Assembly (NCBI RefSeq): GCF_964213995.1
Contig: NC_135804.1
Span: forward strand, 42,656,001-42,720,000
Reading direction: 5' to 3'
Source: Mustelus asterias
Lineage: Eukaryota
Length of the DNA stretch: 64,000 nucleotides
The translations under genes and the position numbers were made by a program. A model generated the notes under the pieces. That model did not search any database and had not been told where the DNA came from. It saw only the letters and a list, made by a program, of their open reading frames with translations. This document shows positions 39,401 to 51,400 of this stretch, in pieces. Every line of letters starts with the position of its first letter. The first letter of the stretch is position 1.

Positions 39401-42400
39401 TCTTCATGTTGTGGAACTCCCTTGTAAAAAATAAATCTTAAAATAAATTTTGAAAGAGTAGCTAAGGGAAGTTCCAAGGACTATCCCATTTGTGATTGAA
39501 CAATATGGAGACAAAATATTTCTTTATTAACAAATTACGTAATATCTAAAATATTGGAAAAACTCAGAAAATCTTTCCTATGACCACAACATTCACATGA
39601 AACAAAATTGAAAGTAAAATTGGGTGTTCAAAAACCACTGATTTTGCCAATGCACATCTCCAATTTTTTTTTAAGAAGTTCAGGGCATACTGGATGATTG
39701 CAGAATGACTAATTTAATTCCCCAGAGCTAACAAACATTAATGAAACTTAAACACTAAACTCACAAACAGCACAGAACATTCTGGAAATGAAAATTCTAG
39801 CCAAGACTCTCTTCCCCAGTGGGACACTGAACTGCAATTAACAATATATGTTGAGGCTGTGAAGTTAGTTCAGAAACGTTGGGTTGAATCTTCCCAGCCC
39901 TGTGGAGATGGGTACCAAGAAACTGGTGGCGAGCTACATCCATACAGCTCCTCAATGCATAACTGCCTTCAGAGAAACTTCCCAGAGGCACCTGGGGAAG
40001 AAAATTGGAAGCCCACTCTAATGAGGTGGACAGTCAATTTCACCACTTAAGAGCCCAATAGGCATAATTTTCTGACAGAAATGGGATCTTCCTCCTGTCA
40101 GAGCAGCCCTCAAAGTATGCAGTGCTACCAGCTCCCTAGCGGCAGCTGCTGACAGTAGGAGATTATCAACATCTATTTTAAATTCCCTCTCCAGGTGCCA
40201 CAGGGACCAGTGGTCATCCCAGCCATCCAGGGAGAAGCTATCTTATCCTAGTTATGGCCTGGCAGCTGTCACCACACATTTTTAACAATTTTAGAAATCA
40301 TTATAGGGTACCTCCAGCTTGAGGTGCCCTCCCGATTTACCACCTAGATCGGTTACATCCACCTTTGCTGTTGGGACTGCCAGCTGTCCTGCCATGGGCG
40401 TTCCAATTGTCCCTTGTCCCTGCACAACACAGGCTATTCCTAATTGGACAGGGCTCCCGGGAGCAACCTGTTAATGGCAGCCTCCAGGAAGATTGCGCAG
40501 GTTAATAGGTCTAGGGACACTTTTGGTGTCGGGAGCCACATACGGTCCTGGCGTTGGGGCCTTGATGTCCTATGAAAACTTCAGCATGTAATTTCAGCAG
40601 TTGGTTAATTTGGAATGAGCCACTTTGAGCTTTACTTGGGAAATGAAGGAAAAATGTTTTTAAAAAATATTTTGCATAGACATGGCTGGGGTGAGACAAG
40701 GAAGTTCAATTTTTCAAGGTTTGAAATTTTACTAGCAAGATATTTTGAAAAAGGTGCTGCAAAGAGTTAATATTTGAGGTTTTCTTTAAAGATATGGTTC
40801 CACTGTATTACTGTCGCAAAGATTGTTTCCATCTGCTGTGACAGAATACTAAACATGTTTTCTGTATACAATACCAGTTATATTAAGTCCATAATGCTCA
40901 TTAGGTTTATATAAAAACCTCCAAACATCTACTGATAAACAAGTTGTTTTATGCAACTTGGAACAATCATGCAGAAATTTTGATCTCCGAGTGCCAAAAT
41001 TATAAAATGAAAAGACCTTCAACTGCTTGTTATTTCCCAGTGGTTTAAACAAGGGCCCAGAAACAGAATAAAAGAACAAAAACCACATGGTCTATCTCTC
41101 TTTCTTTTTGGCAGTGAATTAACTTTTCCCTTTACAATATGAGCTCTATTTTGTTGATTTAAAACATACTAATCTCCTCCTGTAATATATTTTGGCATTT
41201 CACACGAATGAAAAAGGTAATTTTACTCAGACTTACAATGCTCATGTTTTTTATTAAAGAGAATGACTCACTTTATTCTGAATTAAACTAATGCTAACAA
41301 GCCTCAGCTAACACCATCTGTGCATTATTTGTCAAAAAAATTACATTTGGCCAAAAATAAATATTCATTTTCAGCTGTGTATTAAGCATTCCATTTCAGG
41401 GTTTGACATAGGGTTGTGCATAGGATATAGCATTTGATAAAGTATAAACAATGCAATTATAAAATTGTCATATATCACATTAGCTCAAAGAAGATATGCA
41501 TTCCTTATGGTTCTCTGTTGTATAAGGAAAACATACAATTCAAATTAGAAAATTTCTTGTTCTATAGTATGAGTTAGATGAACTAGACACATGGATGATT
41601 CTGGACATGCATATTTTAAAAGGAGTCCATTGTTTGATTGAAGGATATATAAATTTCTTTCCAATTCTGGTGAAGATGTGTGATGAAGTTTAGTTAACTA
41701 TTAGCATTGGAAATTAGTGTTTGCAGTTGGAAAAAAGAACAGCATAACCTAAATTCCCATGACCACTTACAATAGAATAAGGGGAGGAACAGCATTGAAC
41801 GTCAACTTCCATCATGAAATACTGAACAGGAAATTCTATTTTTCTTGGAATTTGACTCACAATTTCTATGTTCCCATAAATAGTTCAGATCTATTCAGCA
41901 GACTATGCAAATTACTTTGCAAACATCTGGACCAAAAGTAACTGAATCATGCCCTTCTTAAAGGAGTATTCCATCCTGGAACTCTAAAATCTCTCCAATT
42001 CAATAGAGGTTTAGCTGATTCATGCACCATTGATTTTGAAGGCCTCTAATAAGGGAACAGATAGTTATTCTTCAATTGTATTGAACATGTAATGACATAA
42101 CACCCTTAAATAATTGAAAGTCATATTTTTGATTGAATGTCCCAGTACAAGTCAAGAATTTATTAGGTATGACTTTGGAATGAAGTATTTTAAAATCTGC
42201 ATGACCAATTTCATCACGTAAAATTGTGTCTCCATATTTCCATTCAAAAACTTGATAGTACTTCAATGATTTGTAATAACATCAGCAAGAAAGCTGAAAG
42301 TTGTAACAAGTGTGAAATAATTGAATTTAACATGTTACAGTTTCACAGGCAATAATGTGAAATGCTTAAGCATAATGCAATTAGCCAGGCGTGTATGCAA

Positions 42401-45400
42401 GGAATGCTTATAGTACTTTACTAAGGTTTGAAGACTTATTACAAACAAATAAGGTTGAAACGGTGTATTTTACTCACCAATCAGAACTTCTCTGCCAAAT
42501 ATTCTGCCATTCTTTTCGAGGATTTCATGCATTCTCAACTGGCATGCTGCAATAGTTTCATAGTCTGTGCCATATGCGAGTTGTACTTCTAGTTTTACTG
42601 TGTTTTTCTGTAAATACTGTAGGAAGAAGTCGTCCACTCTGACAACATACTGAGATGTGAAGTCAAATGCTGGCTGCAATCCATGTATTACAGGGGTGGA
42701 CTGGAGTTCATAGTCATAGAATGCATAGGTACAGAAAGTAGCATGTTCTTGCTCACCAAAAACCTTAACGGCTTCAGGAGAGAAGGTCACTTTGCCGATA
42801 TGGATCTCAAATATATTTTCTCCACGCTCTAAATGGACAGTTTCATCAAATTCATCAGCTTCATCATCAGTTGTTATTTCTGGTTTGAATTTGAATTGTT
42901 TGGTGCCATAGGCTATGTCTTTGAGTTGGGCTGAAATAGATGAAAACAGATGCAATTTTTCTATATTTTTCATTAAAGCAACAGAACACAAGGTTTTCTC
43001 TATGTGGAAAACAGATGGTCTGGAATATCAACACCATTGTTATCATTTTTTTAACATGTTCTTCAGTACAGAAGATTTGAAATAGCCCTGCAAATTCTTA
43101 GAATATGAGCTACTCAGTATGCAGGGATTACAACTTGACATTTATTCTGGGATAAATCAGATGAAACACTGCATAGTAAAGGCCTTTTTAACACACTGTA
43201 GGGACATCTTAATTAAAAGTTTCAACAGGAAATTACTAAAATGCTGGTCTGCTAATGATACTGCTTTTAAAAAGGTGGTTAACCCATAGTAGACCCAAAT
43301 GTTGTGGGTCTTAAAATGGAAAAGAAAGATGATTTCTTGAGCAAATATCGTGATACAAAAGGTTCAAGAAACATTGTATAATACATATATGAATTAAAAG
43401 CATAATTATTTAAATGCAACTTGGTGTCACAGAGTTATCAGATTTTATTTTCCATTTTGGGGAAGGTAGTCTCTGTTTGTTATTTCTAGCAAAATTGTAA
43501 GCAGGTTCTTTATATGTGTATTTATAGTTTCATTACAAATATTGTGCAGAAGAAATCTTTCCTCAGGGCAAGTTCCTGAACTTGGCTGCACTGACAGAGG
43601 CTGATGCTATGCAGAAACAAAGCATCTTCCTGTAGCAAAGAAAAATAGTCATCAGGCAACATATGCTGAGAAACTGTGTGAATAATCTACTGTAGATGGA
43701 AGTCCAGGTTATTTATTTATCTCACAGTCAGAGAATAACTAAAAATTGCAAATTAAAAATAAAATACAAGTGTACATAATAAACCACTGCAAAGGAAACA
43801 ATATTATACCCTCATACATTATGTTGACTGACTTGTAAAATACCTTCTGAAATGGCCTAGCAAGCAGTTCAAGAGCAATTAGGAGTGGGCAATAAATGCT
43901 AGTGTAGCCAGTGATGCTCACATCCCATGAATGAATATAAAAAAGTTCTGCTTTACAATTATTTACACAATGCTCTCCTGAACATCACTGTAATACTTTT
44001 TGCAACTGGCATTCATACTTTCTTTTAGCACTGGTTTTCATAAGCAGCAGACTTAAATTACAAAGCACTACAAGTTCATTTTTTTACTTCAGAAACCACA
44101 AATTTGTATAAAAAATATAGAAATAAAGCTAATATATATGTACGAGATTTTAAAACCTAAGTAAATGGAAAATAAAATTGGATATGGTGTAAAACAGGCT
44201 GCCCAATTGCATTGAGCCCATGTTGGACTACCAGCATAAATTAATTGCATCCCAATTCATTCTCTTCTTTTTGGCTTTGGAGCCATGCTGTGTTTTAGGC
44301 TCTGATAATTCACCTAGATTTTTCAAATAAAACAATAGGAAGTCCAACAGAGGGAGGCAGGCAGTAAATCGATCTTGAGAGTGCCGTGACTGTTAATAAA
44401 CTGTTTATGTTGTGGTTTGATGGTTTATATCATCTAAGCTTAAAGCTTTGTTGTTCCCTTGAGAGCATTTATTATATTCGACAGCAGATACTCTGCAGTG
44501 AAAGTGTATAAGGAACTGTAAAGTGTGGTATGATCTTCAACTTTGATATTTATGATACACAATATCTGATACTTAACAATTGTCTCAAGAGATGCTTTTT
44601 CATATTTCTACGTGGAATCCCATTAGTGCTGCAGAAAGAAACTCTGACTATGCGACTGATTTGTTCATATTTTGTTTATAAGCATTATTTTTGCTTGTAA
44701 AAAGATCAGTTTATTTGGCCTGGTATTTGTATTTATAGATGGATGGAGATTTTGAGGCCTCCTGTCTGTCAGAAATAGGGTGAAAGTGCCCTGAAAATGG
44801 GCTTATTGTTCCACTCCTGCCAACTGCCCTGAGCCCAGCTTTGTAAGGCCAGGTGTCTGCTAAAGTTACGCAATAAGCTGTGAATGGTATGTTAATTAGA
44901 TTGTCAAGACATACAGGTGAAGGGCATTGTTTAATTAAACACCTGGAGCACTTATAAAGAAGGAAGGCTATGTTTGCATTGAGATGCCCCTGGAAATGGA
45001 TCATGCAGTATCCAATGGTACTCTCGAGACCTTCTGCAATCGTTGGGCACCACGGGGGTGGGAGTGCTTCATTGGGCACCTAAACATTTTCATTTAATTA
45101 GTTAAGTTTCCTTTGGAGTTTATTTCTGTTCCAGGTCCCCTTTAAAGGGCTATCACTTTAATTTGTCCATTTGTTTAACCGTTCAATCAGAAAAGTAGAA
45201 AGAAGGAAGGCCCCTCTGAGGGGCTGTCAATTAGTTAATCAGCTTTTTAAAGAACATATAAAGATGGATGACTGGGGCACTTGGAAGTAAGTAAAAGGCA
45301 GATATGCGAAATGATGCAATTTGCAAATAAACTGATCAGCAAGACAAAGATTTGCGTCTAGTTTCACACGTCCCCACCTGGCTTGGGATTCAATTAAAAT

Positions 45401-48400
45401 TGTAGCAGAAGATAGTTACCTAAAGGTGAAGAAACCAAGTGTAAATTGTCAGGGTATGATTTCCCATTTATGGGGTGGGATTTTATGGCCTCGCTCATCC
45501 CGAAACTGTAAAATCTTGCCCAAGGTCAACGCCCCATTTCCGGGGCGGCACGGTAGCACAGTAGTTAGCACTGCTGCTTCACAGCTCCAGGGTCCCGGGT
45601 TCGATTCCCGGCTCGGGTCACTGTCTGTGTGGAGTTTGCACATTCTCCTCGTGTCTTCGTGGGTTTCCTCCGGGTGCTCCGGTTTCCTCCCACAGTCCAA
45701 AGATGTGCGGGTTAGGTTGATTGGCCAGGTTAAAAATTGCCCCTTAGAGTCCTGAGATGCGTAGGTTAGAGGGATTAGTAAATATGTGGGGGTAGGGCTT
45801 GGGTGGGATTGAGGTCGGTGCAGACTCGATGGGCCGAATGGCCTCTTTCTGCACTGTAGGGTTTCTATGATTTCTATGATGATCCGCCGCTCACCTGCTC
45901 TGATTCCCGTGGCAGGCAGGCCAGTAAAATTCCGGCCATGATCTCTGAAGCTGAACCTTATGACCAACGGATAAACAAAATGGATGTGTGAACATAGGTT
46001 ACATCCTTACCAAAGAGAAAGCAAGGCATGGCCTTGGCACTGACCCTTCAAAATAAAAGTAAGATCAAATGCAAAGCATTTTGTAAGGTAGAGGCCAACC
46101 AGTTGGATACTGAGGAAAGTTTGGAGCTTCTATTAAGATCTATGAATAAAGTTTACAAGAAAATTTGTTTATTAAATGCCTAAGAGGCATGGTCAAACTT
46201 AGGTAGATTTTGAAAGCTGAATGGTTATTCCATAGAGGAATGGACTATATAAAATATTGTAGAAATTCAGTTTAGAAATTCCTTACTCAGTGCACGCTTT
46301 CAAATTGTTGGATTGTGTTAAAAGTGTTATAAATGGATAGGCTCCTGGTCTTAACTGGAGTTAAATTCTCAGAAAAGAGACACATTTTTGGATTAGATGT
46401 TAGATGCTTTTTTAAAAATCCTGGGAAAAGCAGTCATTTCCATTAGCCTTCGTGGCACAAATGGGACATTCTACAGTGTTCCAGGAGATGGAGGACTCGA
46501 TGATCTCAGTCTTTTGACTTTGTTCAGATATGGGGCACAAGGGTCAGTACTACAGAAGAATTACAGAAAAAATAAATGAGGATGAAGGCACTTTTGGCAG
46601 ACCTGGCAGACGATAGGATTGACATACTAATAAACAAATGAACCCCAGGAATGTCCAGGGAACTGCTAACAGATGTTTCAGATGTGACTCAAAATATCAT
46701 TTTGCAGTAAATAACCCAAAGTGGAACTAGGTTTTCAAAGTGACGCATGATACAGAAGTTTTGAAGTTGAAGATGAGATTAATCAGTCTGAGGGAATTGT
46801 ACTAGTCATAAGCTTCAGTCCAGTCATCAGTTTACTAACATACAAACATATGAATTAGGAGCAGAAGTAAGCCACTTGAACCTGCTCCTCCATTCAATAG
46901 AATCATGGGTGATCTGATTATAATCTCAACCCCACATTCCTGCCTACCCCCGATAATCTTTCATCTTCTTGTTATCCAAGAATCTGTCTCGCTCTGCCTT
47001 AAAAATATTCAAAGATACTGCTTCCACTGCCTTTTGAGGAAGAGAGTTCCAGAGACTCTCAAGCCTCAGAGAAAAAATTCTCCTAATCTCCATCTTAAAT
47101 AAATGATGCCCCAGTTTTTAAACATTGACTAATTGCAAATTCATTTAAATGCACTGTGTTGGACAGTAGTTGCAAATTGATGGTATGTTGAACAGAAGGG
47201 TTAAGCGTTTTCAAGATTCACGCAGTAGTAAGGATTAAAATAAAGTTAGGGATTATGAAAGTTCTACTTGTTTCTGGGTTCGGGGATGACAATACATTGA
47301 GGTCACTGAAAAGAATGGTGATTCCATACAGAATAGCTGGAGTAAGCCGCTTTATTAGTAGATACCACTGCTGCTAGCTAGCCTTCCATGAAAAAGATCC
47401 AAATTAAACTGGACAATGATAAAACAATTGTCTTTGGGTGGATTGCAAATTTAGTGACTTTCCAATCAGGATATTATTGCATCCCTTTACCAAAGCTCAA
47501 TGTCTCATAAAATTAATGAAGGGTGCGTGGCATTAGATGATGGGAGAAAAAAAGCAAACTGTCTTAAAGATACATCAACATTTTCACATCCCTCATGTCA
47601 CAGATTAATATTCCTTCTGAAGGATTCAATCGTAATTGATGAATACACAAAGTTCTTTGAAGAGATGTGAAAAATGTGATATCAGCAAAAAGTATTGGAA
47701 AACACTATCAAGGTCTCTTGTAAGTCTCCCATTTGCAGGAGACTTTAATCAAGTAGGAGCAATGGATTTAAAAGTGTGTTTCAAGGACAGGAACAGTTTC
47801 ACCTTGCATTATATATATACATGGCAATCAGATTCGGTCTTTCTATAGTAATACATGGTAAAGACAAAAGGAGTAATTGTAGGTTAAATCATGGAAAAAT
47901 GGATAGGGCTTTGACTGGAAGCACTGACTAAATTCTTGACTGACAATGGGGGAAATGTGCCAATAATAAGTTTGAAGACATGCACAAATATGAACGTTGT
48001 TGAAAGGACTTTCAACTGTAGACTTCATAACCACAATGGATTCTGTGAAAGAAATCACATAGTGATATTTTAAATGCTCCATAACATCTTAGCCAACCAA
48101 CCAACCTGCTGGCTAACACCTGCCCTGGCATGGGCAGTCTATGCATAGAACTCACTTCAAATGGCTGGGGTCTGCATCAATTGGTCTGTGGGAGGAATTT
48201 TGAAATCACTTCTGTGTTGTGTGATAACTCTCCAACTCAAACAGAAACCACAATTAGTTCCAATTTTTCTGAGCACGTGAAAGGCCTACATGGAAGAAGA
48301 AGGTCATTCATCAAGGCAGAAGTTTCAGAGAAAATTCAGCAAGCTTTACAGCTTTGCATAAGATTGTCCATGATAAATTTTAATCATGGGATTTCATACA

Positions 48401-51400
48401 ATAAATTAGAAAGTCAGGAGGAGTTAAAAGGTTTGGATAAGGTGATCGGATGTTTGGGGAAGACATGGTTCAAGATTTCGTTCTTCGACATGGTAGTCAA
48501 ACTATTAAAAGTCCATTCATCTCATTTAATTAGGATTGATTATATACTTTCAGAATCTGAGCAATCAGTAGAAGGCAACGAGGAAACCTGTACTAGACAT
48601 ACTCATATGCTTGACAGTTATGAGGAACAGAAAAGGTAGATAAGGGGCCAGGTGATGATAGACAAAGTGAAACTGACACAAAGTAAAAGGTTATCATACC
48701 CAAAGGACTGCTGCCGAACGTCAATACTCGGGTGACATACTTACATTCGGAGTGAATGGAGGGACGTGACCATTTACAGGGAGAGGGAAAACTACGGGAA
48801 CTTCAAACATTTGGTAATCGTCCAAGATGATGGACAGGAGGTAAGAATTATGGACTGGCAAAATTAGATGACACAGTAAGAGTTTTAACAAAACCAGGTT
48901 AAAGTCCAACAGGTTTATTTGGTAGCAAATGCCATTATCTACCAAATAAACCTGTTGGACTTTAACATGGTGTTGTTAAAACTCTTACTGTGTTTACCCC
49001 AGTCCAACGCCGGCATCTCCACAAACTGAGATGAAACAGTGGAAAGCAAGAAAAAGCAGTGAGAGTCTATATGGTGTATTTGGGAGTGACTCTGGCACTA
49101 GGAAACAGTCGCACACTGGTGACAACTTGACAGATCTTGGGAGGGAGAGAACCAGTAGTTCAGAAAGACATAGGCAGGCAAATTGAAATCGTAGCTTGAC
49201 TAGACCAAGATATGGAACAATCTTGGGACACTACTAGAATGGAAGCCCTTATGATCAGTAAGTTTTAATGGCTGCAAACAAATTAGAATATAAGTTAATA
49301 AGGAAGGCAACACCAAAAGAGTTGGGATAGTTGGAAAGAATTTGGCATCTACTCTGAAATGCAAGATAGGGGACTGCCAGACTTATCACACAGATGGATA
49401 TCTATTGAAAAATTACTCCCAGATTGTACATATAAGGCTGAAGCAAGACTAGTGTGCCTGGGTTTTGAAGAGAGCCTTGAAGATCAAGATGTTACAGTAG
49501 ACTCCCGCATGGCAGGAAAAGTAATCTGGAAAATTTACTTGCTCTGTTTCATGGGAATTGAGGTCAGTCGATATAAAAACCACACTTTTTGCAGATTGAA
49601 ACATTTTGAAACCACCTAAACAAGCGAGTGTTTAGAAGGGAATCTGTGAAATTCAACAAATGCGTTTATGGATTGAATGAGTGTTGAGAGTATGGATTTC
49701 TTGCATAGGTCTGTCTTGCTGGAAGTAAATGTACTCAGCTGAAAGCAGATCCAGCAATGTTCTACTGGTATCACAAAAAGAATCTCTCAATCATCTTTAA
49801 GATGCATGTCCATAATTTTCTATGGGAGGTTCCGGGAAATTTGAATGATTTGTTATCAAAAGAGAATTTAAGATTGGAAGTCAGGCTTTGAAGGCCTTTA
49901 AATAAATAGGCCTAGATTTTCACTGTGTTAGGGTGATTCAGGAGTCCTTTAAAAATTATTAGCAGATCATGCTTCTGGGATTCCTGACCCTATTCCTGGG
50001 CTGTCTAATTTTCAGGAGTGTCTTTAAAGGGTTTGGGCTACTTCCTGTCAAAAGCACATATTCAGCACTCATGGCAAGGTTGGTTTCTTTGGAGGATAGG
50101 CATGTCCTACTCGACCACAATAATCCTGAAGTTAGGCCATGTTTTTAAAGAAGTGTGGTTCACGTCCCCAAACAGGAGTCATAAATCCAGTATGCATGAG
50201 GGGACCTTTTAAAAGGGAAGTTCACGAGGTCCCCCTCACGGATCCTGTGCCAAGTTACAACCCTCACCCACCTCCTCAGATCCCTCAATGTCCCCTATGC
50301 CAAGACCTGGCAATTCCATGCCCATTGACTTCTAGAACTAATAAACATGATAAAAATATCAATGATGTGGTTGGTCCCTTTGAAGTTTCAACAGACACAA
50401 ATGGTTGAAACTATTAAACTTGTGTCAACAAACATTGTGAAATTGACAGCAGAGATCAGAAAGCCTGATCTGTCAATCAAACAATGTTTCTTTTTGGGTA
50501 GGCATTCTCACATTATACTAGCATCTGGGCTCTATGCAGGTCTCATAGAACCATAGAAACCCTACAGTGCAGAAGGAGGCCATTCGGCCCATCGAGTCTG
50601 CACAGACCACAATCCCACCCATGCCCTACCCCCATATCCCTACATATTTTACCCGCTAATCCCTCTAACCTACGCATCTCAGGACTCTAAGGGGCAATTT
50701 TTAGCATGGCTGATCAACCTAACCCACACATCTTTGGACTGTGGGAGGAAACCGGAGCACCCGGAGGAAACCCACGCAGACACGAGGAGAATGTGCAAAC
50801 TCCACACAGACAGTGACCCGAGCCAGGAATCGAATCCAGGTCCCTGGAGCTGTGAAGCAGCAGTGCTAACCACTGTGCTACCGTGCCGCCCCAAATTTAT
50901 AAATTTGTATATTCAAAAATATACCTCTCATTATATATTCTTGGCTGAGAGCCCAGGCAACTATTAAAAGACGAGAGCAAGTATTAGGGCGGCCAGGTGG
51001 CACAGTGGTTAGCACTGCTGCCTCACAGTGCCAGGGACCCGGGTTCAATTCCCATCTTGGGTCATTGTCTGTGTGGAGTTTGCACATTCTGCCTGTGTCT
51101 GCGTGGGCTTTCTCTGGATGCTCCAGCTTCCTCCCACAGTCCAAAGATGTGCGAGTTAGGTGGATTGGCCATGCTAACTTGCCTTTTAGAGTCGAGTGGG
51201 GCTAGTTAGAGTAAATGGATGGGGTTATGGGGATAAGGCCTGGGTGGAATTTGGGCGATGCAGATTTGATGGGCTGAATGGGCTTCTTTTGCACTGTAGG
51301 GATTCCATGATTTTACCCAAAAGGAAGCATTATTTGATTGACAGGTCATCGTTTGTGATTTCTGCTGTCAATTTCACAATGTTTGTTGACACAAGTTAAG

